A DNA stretch of 64,000 bases from an uncultured Spirochaetota bacterium (GTDB taxonomy: Bacteria > Spirochaetota > Brevinematia > Brevinematales > JAOACQ01): assembly GCA_963835575.1 (NCBI GenBank), contig CAWIGG010000004.1, positions 608,001 to 672,000 of the forward strand, written 5' to 3'. The notes under the pieces were generated by a model. It was not told the origin of the DNA, searched no databases, and saw only the letters and a list, made by a program, of their open reading frames with translations. A program made the position numbers and the translations under genes. This document shows, piece by piece, positions 10,428 to 19,484 of this stretch. The number at the start of each line of letters is the position of its first letter. The stretch's first letter is position 1.

Positions 10428-12003
10428 CCTAAATTCCCAGAGTTCCGCGATTTCCGCTTGAAATCAGCCTTGCGCGGCACTGCTTGGCATCGGTTTATCA
10501 TCCCAGTCTCGCGGCTGTTGCAATTACAAGCCTTGGCGATGCCTGAATACTCGTAAATCCACAAATTCCGCTGCTCCGGGCGCAACACACCCTTGTGGCG
10601 GCCTTCACATCATCCGGTTGGGAACTCGCTATATCTGCAGCTCACATAAGTGGCAGTAAAATTTCCGCCACCGGTCCTTATCCGCAAAATAACGGCTCAA
10701 CACCAGTTTTACCTGATGGCCCTGTCTCACGATTTTCCCCGCAACCCGAATAAACCACGCCCGGAATGTTTCCGGTTCTTCCCGATGACTTTTCCGGTCA
10801 ACCAGATACCGCAGCCAGATTCCAACGTTATACGCCAGCACGCTGCAGCTCCACAGAAAATCATTCACCCAGAAATCTTGCGTCAGAAGCATCCCGGCGA
10901 ACATCTGCTGCTTCACGGCTTCGATCCAGTTTTCACACGTACCCCGGTCACCGTAAAATTTATGGCCCTGCCAAGGTTTCAAACGCATATTCGTACAATA
11001 GCAAAAATAGTCATAAACCGCTTTCGGGAATACCAGCCCTTCCGTTTCTATCCGGATCAGCTTTCTGACAGCTATGAACCGCCTCGCATGTTTCCATCCA
11101 TGCGCCCGGTACTCAAATTCCGCCTGTTCCCAGCCGCTTCGATCCGGAACCGCTGTCCAACCCCTGTTTTCCAGAAACGCCGCGAGGTTTTTCATTTTGG
11201 CTTTGACCAGAAAAAAAGCCCCTTTCATTTCTTCGATGACATCGAAAATCCTTCCGTCGAAAAATCCGCTGTCCATCCGGAACACAAGTTTTTTCCAGCC
11301 GGTATGGAGTATTCCGTAAATGTGCCGGATAAATTCAGGCGCGTTATTCGCTGTGTAAGCGTCGCCCGGCCTGAAATAGGAGAGAATACATTCCCTTGTG
11401 CTGTTCAGGAATGCCAGAAGCGGATGATAGCTCTTCGCTCCCTTTTTATGCGGATTGTAGCCTACCGCCGCTCCTTCCTGGCTTCCGTAAACCGTCTTGA
11501 CGGTCGAATCGCAGTCCACGATTTTCGTTTTTACCCGGAACTTCGCGTGGACTTTGCGGGAAAGCTTTCCGTTCAACTCATTCATCGCGTAAGATTCTTT
11601 CATACCAACGTTTTCAATCCGCTTGATGATCGTAGAATCACTGATCGGCCCTTTCAAGCCCAGAGCTGCCCGGAACAATGGATCTTCAGTAAAATTCTCG
11701 ACCTTCTTGATCCGGTTATACCCTGCCATCAGCGCGCACACGATTCCCGTAATAATTTGCTCGAACGAGAATTTCTGGTTACAATATTCCCGCACTGGAA
11801 TAAATTTTTTGAGCAACTGATTGAACCCAATCTTTTTCAAAAATACCAGCACGGGATAAATCCCGCTCACGCTGCTCAAATCCTGCGCCGTAAAACCAAC
11901 TTTGATGTTTTTCACCATTTGGGTGCTCCTTCTGTTGTTTTGTAAAGCAATATATTATAACAGATTGGGGCCCCATTTGGTATTTTTACTTTGGGAATTT
12001 AGG
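10428..12003 (-). mobile_element. IS1380-family insertion sequence
   Basis: TIR CCTAAATTCCCA(G/A)AG at both ends; 5-bp TSD TAATA (10423-10427, 12004-12008). Confidence 0.93.
10629..11918 (-). CDS. IS1380-family transposase
   Basis: DCDSTV..YGSQEGAAVGYN..KSYHPL, RMDSGF, RGTCENWI. Confidence 0.93.
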   Translation of the reverse strand: MVKNIKVGFTAQDLSSVSGIYPVLVFLKKIGFNQLLKKFIPVREYCNQKFSFEQIITGIVCALMAGYNRIKKVENFTEDPLFRAALGLKGPISDSTIIKRIENVGMKESYAMNELNGKLSRKVHAKFRVKTKIVDCDSTVKTVYGSQEGAAVGYNPHKKGAKSYHPLLAFLNSTRECILSYFRPGDAYTANNAPEFIRHIYGILHTGWKKLVFRMDSGFFDGRIFDVIEEMKGAFFLVKAKMKNLAAFLENRGWTAVPDRSGWEQAEFEYRAHGWKHARRFIAVRKLIRIETEGLVFPKAVYDYFCYCTNMRLKPWQGHKFYGDRGTCENWIEAVKQQMFAGMLLTQDFWVNDFLWSCSVLAYNVGIWLRYLVDRKSHREEPETFRAWFIRVAGKIVRQGHQVKLVLSRYFADKDRWRKFYCHLCELQI

Positions 12004-12029
12004 TAATATTATAATTCGGGAGGAATATT

Positions 12030-13085
12030 ATGCCTGAGGGTTTTATTCAATCCCATATCAAGCGGACAAACAGGAATTTTATACTGACAAACATCATCAT
12101 TCTGGCGGTTACAGTCTTAATAGCGGCGGGCTCGCACCGTTATCTTTATAATTTTTTTAACGGACCCTTTGAAACGGATTTGGAAACAATATCTTCCATG
12201 GCAAATCCCAGCAACAGTTTGAAGTATTATTTTTCCATAAAAGGCGAAAAATCATATCAGACGGGACTTCAGCATATTGTAAAACGGTATGATAAATACA
12301 CAAAAAAAGTGAAAAGCGAGACCATTGAATCCGATTATCTCTATCTTCAATTAAAAAAGAAGCTGCTGGTCATTAAAGTTCCCCATGGGCGGGAGGGCAC
12401 GCAATTTTCCGGCACTCTGGAAATAATGCCGTCCGATGTTGAACATGAATTAAAAAATATAGAAAAAGAAGACAATAACCGGCCGGAGGCCGATTTTAAG
12501 AAACATGTACTTCCCGTGATGATGGACGCCTCGGATTTCAAACTCGCCGGTTATATCGGGATCGCCGTCTGCTCCATTCTCATTCTCATAGCCTTATTCA
12601 ATATCATCAGGTTTATAAAAAGATCCCAGGACCATAAACTCCATCCGATATATAAATCCCTTTCAAAATTCGGTAATCCCGAAATATTGATCAGCAATAT
12701 CAATAACGAGCTTAAACTCAAGGCTGAAACCCAGGCCGGCAAACTAATCCTGACGGATTCATGGCTTTTTATTCCTACAGTTTATACCCTTAAACCGGCG
12801 CTATTAAATTATGTGGTCTGGGTGTATAAAAAAATAACACAGCGCCGTGTTAATTTTATTCCTACCGGTAAAACATTTTCTATTGTTATTTATTTAAAAG
12901 ACAAAAGCGAATTATCCGCACAGATGAACGAAGGGCTTGTCAACCAGGCGATTGTACAGATCCAGGCTAAAATACCATGGGTCATCGCCGGCTATTCCGA
13001 TGAAGTCCAGAGATTGTGGAATAAAAATTTTCCTGAATTCCTGGCGGCCGTTGAGCAGAGAAAGGCTGAAAAGACGGAGAGTTAG
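12030..13085 (+). CDS. Membrane protein (DUF6709-like)
   Basis: Two TM segments, GGAGG RBS, C-terminal VWVYKK..RVNFIPTGK..PWVIAGYS. Confidence 0.6.
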   Translation: MPEGFIQSHIKRTNRNFILTNIIILAVTVLIAAGSHRYLYNFFNGPFETDLETISSMANPSNSLKYYFSIKGEKSYQTGLQHIVKRYDKYTKKVKSETIESDYLYLQLKKKLLVIKVPHGREGTQFSGTLEIMPSDVEHELKNIEKEDNNRPEADFKKHVLPVMMDASDFKLAGYIGIAVCSILILIALFNIIRFIKRSQDHKLHPIYKSLSKFGNPEILISNINNELKLKAETQAGKLILTDSWLFIPTVYTLKPALLNYVVWVYKKITQRRVNFIPTGKTFSIVIYLKDKSELSAQMNEGLVNQAIVQIQAKIPWVIAGYSDEVQRLWNKNFPEFLAAVEQRKAEKTES

Positions 13086-13109
13086 GCTTTTTTATAATAC
13101 CCCAATAAA

Positions 13110-13148
13110 ACGCTGATTTACACGGATGAGGCGGATTTACGCGGATTA
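13110..13148. repeat. Partial REP-like repeat (GATTTACACGGAT/GGATTTACGCGGAT units)
   Basis: Short direct repeat units in intergenic space; no complementary arm seen. Confidence 0.35.
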
Positions 13149-13191
13149 TTTTTTTCAACTCTGCCATTCATTCTATAATATGCTTTTTCAG

Positions 13192-13407
13192 CTAAAAAAG
13201 CTTTTTTAATTCTTCAATGGTGATTCCAGCTTTTTTTAGAATATTGTGAAGAGTACCTTTCTTGATTTTATTATGATTGGGAACAACAACAGAAATATTC
13301 TTTTCCAGATTATGCAAAAAGATATGGCTTCCCCGTTGATGATCGACGATAAATCCTATCCTGCGTAATGCCCTAGTAATTTCCTTGCCGGAAAAAGTCT
13401 TGCTCAT
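13192..13407 (-). CDS. hicA: HicA-family toxin (mRNA interferase)
   Basis: GF...RGSH...VVPNH..IKKGTL..ILKKAG; ATGA overlap with hicB. Confidence 0.92.
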   Translation of the reverse strand: MSKTFSGKEITRALRRIGFIVDHQRGSHIFLHNLEKNISVVVPNHNKIKKGTLHNILKKAGITIEELKKLF

Positions 13408-13619
13408 AAAGCAATTTCAAGCTCTTTTATCTTTTTATCAGGTTTGGACTTTATCTGGTTCAGCTTTTCAATACCCTCAAGATAACAGATAATGGCTTCC
13501 CTGGCGTTTTCCAATGCTTCCTCTTCAGTATCACCTTCTGTATAACAGCCGTCCAGAGCCGGAACGGTAACATTAAACCCGCCTTCTTCCGCTTTTTCAA
13601 GAACAATATTAAATTTCAT
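13404..13619 (-). CDS. hicB: HicB-family antitoxin (short, no DNA-binding domain)
   Basis: [33 protein letters not shown]; start 13619 has AGGAG RBS. Confidence 0.9.
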   Translation of the reverse strand: MKFNIVLEKAEEGGFNVTVPALDGCYTEGDTEEEALENAREAIICYLEGIEKLNQIKSKPDKKIKELEIAL

Positions 13620-13682
13620 TTTATTCTCCTGATTAAAACTAATTATATTCAATAAGAATAAAATAGTCAAACGCTTTTAATT

Positions 13683-13718
13683 AAAAAACCGCCGGTTTAT
13701 CCGGCGGCTTTTATCTTT
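13683..13718. terminator. Bidirectional intrinsic terminator; intron target site
   Basis: AAAAAA-CCGCCGG-TTTAT-CCGGCGG-CTTTT. Confidence 0.85.
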
Positions 13719-14552
13719 GTGCGCCCGGCAGGGCGCACGTTCTTGCGGGTGAAAGTCCCGTATGCACCCGGTAAGGGGAAGCATTAGCCGGACGGCAAGG
13801 GTGTCCGCCGTGAGGCGGAATCTGAAGGAAGCTGCAGGCAAAGCACTGGTCTGACGAACAGAAACCGCATAGAGGCGGCACTGCTGGGTGAGACGGCAAT
13901 TATCGTTAAAGCCCGATACTTACACAGAAAGCAATGACGTAGATGCGGCAGACATAAGTGTGAAGGAACGAGCGCATTACCCGGGGAGGTCTGACAGCCT
14001 GCCACATATTGGCTATTGTCATCGAAAGGTGATAAGAGGGGTTTTCAGAAGTCAGCAGAAGCCATAGTAACCTCTTGACCGGAGGCGAAGGGCAGAACCA
14101 AACTATAGGAGTACCGCTATGAATCCTGACACGGTAACTTACGCAGAAGCGGAAGGAAACTTTCCGGCTTTGACAAAGGATAGGGACGGAATTCCGAAGA
14201 ATAGCCAAAGCGCGTGTATCCGTGCAGAGAGTCAAAGAAGGAGTACACCGGATGAAACAAATTTAATAGAGCGTCTGGTCAAACGCGAGAACATGCTGGA
14301 AGCTTATCACAGGGTGGTAAGCAATAAGGGGGTGGCGGGAGTTGACGGAGTCACTGTAAAACAGCTAAAAGGCTTCATCAACAAACATATGAACATCGCC
14401 TTTCCTAAGAAATTATTCGACAGTATGGGACTCGTATCGATGCTGAACAAGATTTGTATTTATCAGAAATTATATTTTGGAACCGCCGTATACGGAACCG
14501 TACGTACGGTGGTGTGAGAGGTCGGCGGGTGTAAACCCGCCTCCTACTCAAT
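13719..14552 (+). mobile_element. Group II intron, class IIC, with internally deleted RT ORF
   Basis: 5' GTGCG; DV ACCGCCGTATACGGAACCGTACGTACGGTGGT (14482-14513, CGC triad); DVI ending CCTACTCAAT; inserted just after a terminator hairpin as IIC introns do. Confidence 0.93.
14119..14517 (+). pseudogene. Remnant intron-encoded RT/maturase (N-terminal RT0 fused in frame to extreme C-terminus)
   Basis: ENMLEAYHRVVSNKGVAGVDG joined to HMNIAFPKKLFDSMGLVSM; no YADD; AGGAG RBS intact. Confidence 0.85.
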
Positions 14553-15077
14553 TTAATATTTTTTATCAGCATAGTCCACCCAGCCGCCTGCCTTGACCAG
14601 TTCTGCGTCGAAAGGATCGAGTTTAAACGGAATGCCGTCATGTTTGCCGCCGCCTTCGATTTCAAAACTGGATTTGTCCAGATTAACAGTAATAACAGCG
14701 TCAGAGCCTTTATATCTTTCAAAAAGCATTGAAATAGTTTCTTTCGGGAGCTCGATGGCCAGCATTCCGCCGTTGAACATATTCTGCCGGAATATGCGCG
14801 CGTAGCTTTCCGCTATGACCGTCGTTATGCCGTTCATTTCCAGCGCCCATGGAGCATGCTCGCGGGAAGAACCGCAGCCGAAGTTGGCCCTTGATATGAC
14901 AACTTCTTTCCCGGCGATATCCTTCGCCGCATTAAAGCCTTCCAGCTTGAGGTCTTCCAGCAGGAAAGGCTTGAGAGCCTCTTTTGTGATTTCCGTCAGG
15001 TACTTTGCCGGGATGATCTCATCCGTATTGATGTCATTTTTATCTAAGAATAATACTTTTCCTTTAAAACTTTTCAT
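14553..15077 (-). CDS. leuD: 3-isopropylmalate dehydratase small subunit
   Basis: DINTDEIIP, NFGCGSSREHAPWAL, ARIFRQN. Confidence 0.95.
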   Translation of the reverse strand: MKSFKGKVLFLDKNDINTDEIIPAKYLTEITKEALKPFLLEDLKLEGFNAAKDIAGKEVVISRANFGCGSSREHAPWALEMNGITTVIAESYARIFRQNMFNGGMLAIELPKETISMLFERYKGSDAVITVNLDKSSFEIEGGGKHDGIPFKLDPFDAELVKAGGWVDYADKKY

Positions 15078-15087
15078 ATAATTCTCC

Positions 15088-15468
15088 TTATTTTTTGCTT
15101 AATTTACAGCAGAGGACATAAACAAGCCCGCCGATTACCGGCACAATAAACACTGTACCTGATAGAAATAACAGACGGTCGGCAAACCCTTCGTTTCCGA
15201 TGTCCCTCCAAATGAATGTATGGGTTATTAATGCTGTTACGGCGGCCAGGATTGCCATCAGGAAACCCATCATCAGGGAAAAAACCAGCGGTTTTTCCGG
15301 TTTTCTAAAAAACACATAGATGATCGCCCCTATCTGGATGATGAGGGGAGTTAATACATACCGTGCGTTTAAAGGCACGCCGGTCCATTTCAAGATGAAC
15401 AGTATGAGAAAGCAGATCAGGAAAACCGGTATTAACAGAAGCCATGTCCTTTTATTCAACATACCCAT
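15088..15468 (-). CDS. Hypothetical 4-TM membrane protein
   Basis: Four hydrophobic segments; tightly spaced between leuC and leuD. Confidence 0.7.
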   Translation of the reverse strand: MGMLNKRTWLLLIPVFLICFLILFILKWTGVPLNARYVLTPLIIQIGAIIYVFFRKPEKPLVFSLMMGFLMAILAAVTALITHTFIWRDIGNEGFADRLLFLSGTVFIVPVIGGLVYVLCCKLSKK

Positions 15469-15481
15469 ATTGTTTTCCTAA

Positions 15482-16768
15482 TTATCCTTTAAACAGCGAT
15501 GAATTGGTTATTTTTCCTTTGATCGCCGTCGCGGCCGCCGTGGCCGGGCTCATCAAATGCACCATTCCTCCCTTGCCCATTCGGCCGTAGAAGTTGCGGT
15601 TTGTCGTTGATGCGCAGGCTTCGCCTGCCGCCAGCACGCCGTTACTCATACCAAGGCATGCTCCGCATGTCGGGTTGGTAACGCAGAAGCCCGCATCGGC
15701 AAAGATGCCGATCAGCCCTTCCTTCAAGGCCGCCGTGAAGACCTTCGGCGTAGCCGGAGAAAGGATGGCTCTTACTGTGTCCGCAGTTTTTTTGCCTTTG
15801 ACGATTTCAGCCGCGATCCGTAAATCCTCAATGCGGCCGTTTGTACAGCTCCCGATATAAACCTGGTCGACCGGAGTCCCTTCCATATCGCGGACGGTCT
15901 TGACCTGGTCGGGCTTATAACCGAATGTGACCATGGGTTCCAATTTACTTAAATCATACTCGATCACTTTTTCATACTTCGCGTCTTTATCGGATATCCA
16001 TTTCGAGTATTCTTTTAACGCCGCTTCTTTTGATTTAAATTCATCCTTGATGAATTCCCAGAGATAATCAACTGTCGTCATGTCGGGATAGCAAACGCCG
16101 CTTGTTCCGCCGGCCTCAATCGCCATGTTGCAGAGAGTCATTCTCGATTCCATCGACATATCGTCCACAACCGGCCCTGTGAATTCCATCACATGGTCCG
16201 TCGCGCCGTTAACCGTGACCTGCGAAATGATGTACAGGATCACATCCTTGGCGTAAACACCCGGCTGAAGCTTTCCTTTTAAAACAAATTTGATCGTTTT
16301 CGGGCATTTAAAAGCGCAGACGCCTTTTAAAATCCCCACTTCAAGGTCAGTTGTACCGACCCCGGCCGCGAAGGCGCCGAATGCCCCATGCGTGCATGTA
16401 TGCGAATCTCCCATAATGACGGTATAGCCGGGCCGTACAAAACCCTTTTCAGGGAACAGGGCATGGCAGACGCCGTTATGTCCGATATCAAAGAAATCCT
16501 TTATTTTATTCCGCCGCGCCCAGTCGCGCAGGATCTTTCCCTGTTCGGCTGTTTTCGAGTCCTTGGCCGGTGAGACATGGTCTATCACAGCTTTGATTTT
16601 ATCCGGATCGAACACCCTGTCTTTTCCTCTCGCCATCAAGTCCGTGATGGCTATGGGAGTTGTGATCTCATGGCAGAAAACCACGTCCAGCTTTAATACA
16701 AAGCTGTCCTCAAAAGGTTTTTCCACCAGATGCGCATCAAAAATCTTTCCCGCAATCGTCTTGCCCAT
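15482..16768 (-). CDS. leuC: 3-isopropylmalate dehydratase large subunit
   Basis: DSHTCTHGAFG, GSCTNGRIED, CGACLG, STTNRNF; start 16768 has AGGAGG RBS. Confidence 0.96.
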   Translation of the reverse strand: MGKTIAGKIFDAHLVEKPFEDSFVLKLDVVFCHEITTPIAITDLMARGKDRVFDPDKIKAVIDHVSPAKDSKTAEQGKILRDWARRNKIKDFFDIGHNGVCHALFPEKGFVRPGYTVIMGDSHTCTHGAFGAFAAGVGTTDLEVGILKGVCAFKCPKTIKFVLKGKLQPGVYAKDVILYIISQVTVNGATDHVMEFTGPVVDDMSMESRMTLCNMAIEAGGTSGVCYPDMTTVDYLWEFIKDEFKSKEAALKEYSKWISDKDAKYEKVIEYDLSKLEPMVTFGYKPDQVKTVRDMEGTPVDQVYIGSCTNGRIEDLRIAAEIVKGKKTADTVRAILSPATPKVFTAALKEGLIGIFADAGFCVTNPTCGACLGMSNGVLAAGEACASTTNRNFYGRMGKGGMVHLMSPATAAATAIKGKITNSSLFKG

Positions 16769-16843
16769 ATTGTTCCTCCTAAGAATACCTGTCATTAACT
16801 TAATATTATTATTACAATTAAAACATTGCCTGGCGCCTGGGAT

Positions 16844-17098
16844 TTCACCACAGAGATCACGGAGATTGATTTTTTAAATATTTATTTTACTTCTAATAAT
16901 ATTATCCTCAGACTGTGTGAAAAGTAAAAAAACGCTCCCTGAGTGTGTTCTCCCTGCTTTTACGCTTGTATCGAAGGGAGCATAATATAGGGTCCCATTT
17001 GATACAATTTGCCTTCGGCAAATCACACTTCGATAAACTCAGTGCAACGCTCAGGGAACGCTCTTTTCACACAGTCTGCCTGCGTCCTCCGTGGTGAA
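16844..17098. repeat. REP-like palindrome (TTCACCACAGAG...CTCCGTGGTGAA) interrupted by a MITE
   Basis: Imperfect terminal IR TTCACCACAGAG/CTCCGTGGTGAA with internal CACGGAG repeat. Confidence 0.6.
16909..17078. mobile_element. 170-bp MITE (non-autonomous element)
   Basis: Perfect 16-bp TIR CAGACTGTGTGAAAAG/CTTTTCACACAGTCTG; flanked by CCT on both sides (possible 3-bp TSD); no ORF. Confidence 0.75.
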
Positions 17099-17138
17099 TT
17101 AAAGTAACATTCAGGATATTCAGATAAGCTATCCTTAA

Positions 17139-17195
17139 TTAACTAATAGTTAATATACTTAAGTATATATTAAGTTATTTTTATTGTATTGTCAA
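17139..17195 (-). promoter_or_regulatory. sigma70-type promoter for leuC with downstream palindromic operator
   Basis: TTGACA (17195-17190), 17-bp spacer, TAATAT; TTAACTAATAGTTAA at 17139-17153. Confidence 0.6.
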
Positions 17196-17209
17196 CTTTT
17201 TTTGAAAAA

Positions 17210-18085
17210 TTATTCCCATATACCTTCCGCCACCGGAACAACTTTCCCGCCGACAAATACATCTATTCCTTTCTCATTCCCGCCCGCTTTCAAGTGAAGC
17301 AGCGAGGGTCTGCCTATTTCATATCCCTGTTCGCAGCGTATGTTAATCACATCTTTATTAAAGTATCTGTTTTTCACAAGGTATCCCGCCAGACAGCCGT
17401 TTCCGCTGCCAGTCGCCGGATCTTCAGGAACACCGTAATAATCGACAAATACCCTCACGCTCAATGTGTTCTCACTATTTCGTGTTTCAAGGCAGAACAC
17501 CAGAATTCCCTTGGCTTGTTTATCCCGAACAAAATCAAATAATTTGTCTTTATTTATTCTGCAATTTTTCAAAGCAGTGAGGTTTTTAAGCGGTACAATC
17601 CAGAACGGCAATCCTGTCGATACTTCCTGAATGGGAAACCGTCTATCAAAATTATTATCATCAAGGCCTAAAAACTCAGCTATTTTTTCAACTTCGGCTG
17701 TCGAAAAAAATTCCGGCGTGATCTGTTTCATCCATAAAAGGCCGTCCGGATTAAATTCTACAGGGATCTGCCCGGCTTTTAGATTAAGGACGACTTTTTT
17801 TATCTCTTTTTTTATGATTTCTTTCTGTATAACAAAAGCCGTCCCGAGGGCCGGATGGCCGGCAAAAGGGACTTCGGAGCCGGGAGTGAAAATCCTGACG
17901 TCATAGCCGCCGTTATTTTCCCTGTCCGACAGGATAAAAGCTGTTTCCGAGAAATTGATCTCGCGGGCAATCTTCTGCATTTCCTCATCCGAAAGGCCGC
18001 CGGCGTTTCTGAAAACAGCCAGCTGGTTCCCCTGGTATTTTCCCTCAGCGAAAACATCAATAAAATTATAAATAAGCTTACTCAT
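17210..18085 (-). CDS. PhzF-family isomerase/epimerase
   Basis: DVFA..YQGNQLAVF, NFSETAF, EVPFAGHP, EDPATGSGN. Confidence 0.93.
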   Translation of the reverse strand: MSKLIYNFIDVFAEGKYQGNQLAVFRNAGGLSDEEMQKIAREINFSETAFILSDRENNGGYDVRIFTPGSEVPFAGHPALGTAFVIQKEIIKKEIKKVVLNLKAGQIPVEFNPDGLLWMKQITPEFFSTAEVEKIAEFLGLDDNNFDRRFPIQEVSTGLPFWIVPLKNLTALKNCRINKDKLFDFVRDKQAKGILVFCLETRNSENTLSVRVFVDYYGVPEDPATGSGNGCLAGYLVKNRYFNKDVINIRCEQGYEIGRPSLLHLKAGGNEKGIDVFVGGKVVPVAEGIWE

Positions 18086-18133
18086 ATAAACTTCCTTATT
18101 GCGTTAAACTTTTCCTGTATCGATCCTTTCATA

Positions 18134-18520
18134 TCATTTTTTCCTTTTGAAAATTTGATATACCCAGCCTGACAGGAATGGGACTATTATCGAATATGCC
18201 GGAAGGACCAGATATCTCAATAGAAAATCATGACTTATGATAAAATGCATGATGATGACCAATAAAGTAACTGTCAAGCCCAAAGTAAAGGCCAGAAGCC
18301 TGCTTAAGGCAAAGGAATTTTGAGGCTTCACAATAAAAAAGAAAGGAGTTATGATAATGAATAGAATTAAGAATGCCGTAAAAAACCTGAAAAATTCCGG
18401 TACAAATACTCTCTGATAGGTAATCAAAAAATATCCTGCGGCAAACAGGACCGCCAGTATCAGCCATTCATACCATTTCAAGCGTTGAAAAGTCATATAT
18501 TTCTCCTTATAGAGACGCAA
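18134..18520 (-). CDS. Hypothetical membrane protein
   Basis: Four hydrophobic helices; co-oriented in cluster. Confidence 0.7.
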   Translation of the reverse strand: MRLYKEKYMTFQRLKWYEWLILAVLFAAGYFLITYQRVFVPEFFRFFTAFLILFIIITPFFFIVKPQNSFALSRLLAFTLGLTVTLLVIIMHFIISHDFLLRYLVLPAYSIIVPFLSGWVYQIFKRKK

Positions 18521-18535
18521 TAAATCGCGTCATTA

Positions 18536-19474
18536 TTAGTGAATATTATCCACAATTTTATTATAAACAAATTCTGTTTTCGGTACAGGAACCGCATACT
18601 TTTTTCCCATTATTATAACTGCTCCTCCGAATAAATCGCCTTCGTTCTTCCTACCGCGCGTTTCCACATCCCTCTGATAGGAAGTCCTTGTCTCAAAAGG
18701 AAAAGACCGGGCTTTTTCCAAAGTTTTTTCAATAATATCCGGGTCCAGTTTAATTCCCTTTTTATCGGCTATTAACTTAATCTCAAGAATGATGCTTTGA
18801 GTCAATAATTTAAGTTCAGGATCATTATAAACCCCGCCGATGGTCTTTCCGGAATATGCCGTCACAAGCCCGTAAGAGGTCACGAAGAGATACTTTTCCC
18901 AGATCGCCGGATAAGGGTCCGTCAGCCATTGATAATGAATACCGGCCTTATCCAATATTTCCTTCACATCCCCGGCCTGATAATTATTATGAAGCGGGTC
19001 CGTCCCGAACAAAATTCTCGCGTCTCCGCCTCTCTGCAATACAACACCGGGCTTTTCGATATGTGTGCCGACATAGACACATGCAGGCAGGATAATTCCT
19101 TTTTTTAAATCTTTCCTGATCCTTTCGACAATGTCCACACCGTTCAAAAGCGGAAGTATCACCGTCTTTTCATCAGCAGTTTTCTTTATTTCCCGGGCCG
19201 CGTTCTCAAGATCGTAGCTTTTAACGCAGAGAAGAACAATGTCCGGCTTCGGAAGCTTTTCAATCGATTCGGCCGCGCTTTCCGGCCGGCATTTAAAAGT
19301 CCCTTCGGAAGAATCCAGAATCAGGCCGTTCTCTTGTATTGCCTTGAGATGTTCCCCCCTGGCTATGAAATAAACATGGGCAGATTGTTCCCTGTCATTC
19401 TGAAAATAATAGGCCAGCTTCCCGCCGAAATAACCGCCGACCCCGCCGGTGCCGAAAACAACTATATTTTTCAT
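18536..19474 (-). CDS. panE: Ketopantoate reductase family protein
   Basis: GTGGVGGYFGG, ARGEH, VKSYDL, LLNG, WEKY, SYQRD. Confidence 0.85.
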   Translation of the reverse strand: MKNIVVFGTGGVGGYFGGKLAYYFQNDREQSAHVYFIARGEHLKAIQENGLILDSSEGTFKCRPESAAESIEKLPKPDIVLLCVKSYDLENAAREIKKTADEKTVILPLLNGVDIVERIRKDLKKGIILPACVYVGTHIEKPGVVLQRGGDARILFGTDPLHNNYQAGDVKEILDKAGIHYQWLTDPYPAIWEKYLFVTSYGLVTAYSGKTIGGVYNDPELKLLTQSIILEIKLIADKKGIKLDPDIIEKTLEKARSFPFETRTSYQRDVETRGRKNEGDLFGGAVIIMGKKYAVPVPKTEFVYNKIVDNIH

Positions 19475-19484
19475 GTACTTCCCT

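Noticed and set aside
10650..11945. 431-aa + strand ORF
   Set aside because: Antisense shadow of the IS1380 transposase; no motifs, non-ATG start
13081..13087. GTTAGGC attC core-like motif next to hicAB
   Set aside because: Overlaps a stop codon; no inverse core, stem or integrase
13711..14235. Short minus-strand ORFs
   Set aside because: Antisense readings of group II intron RNA domains
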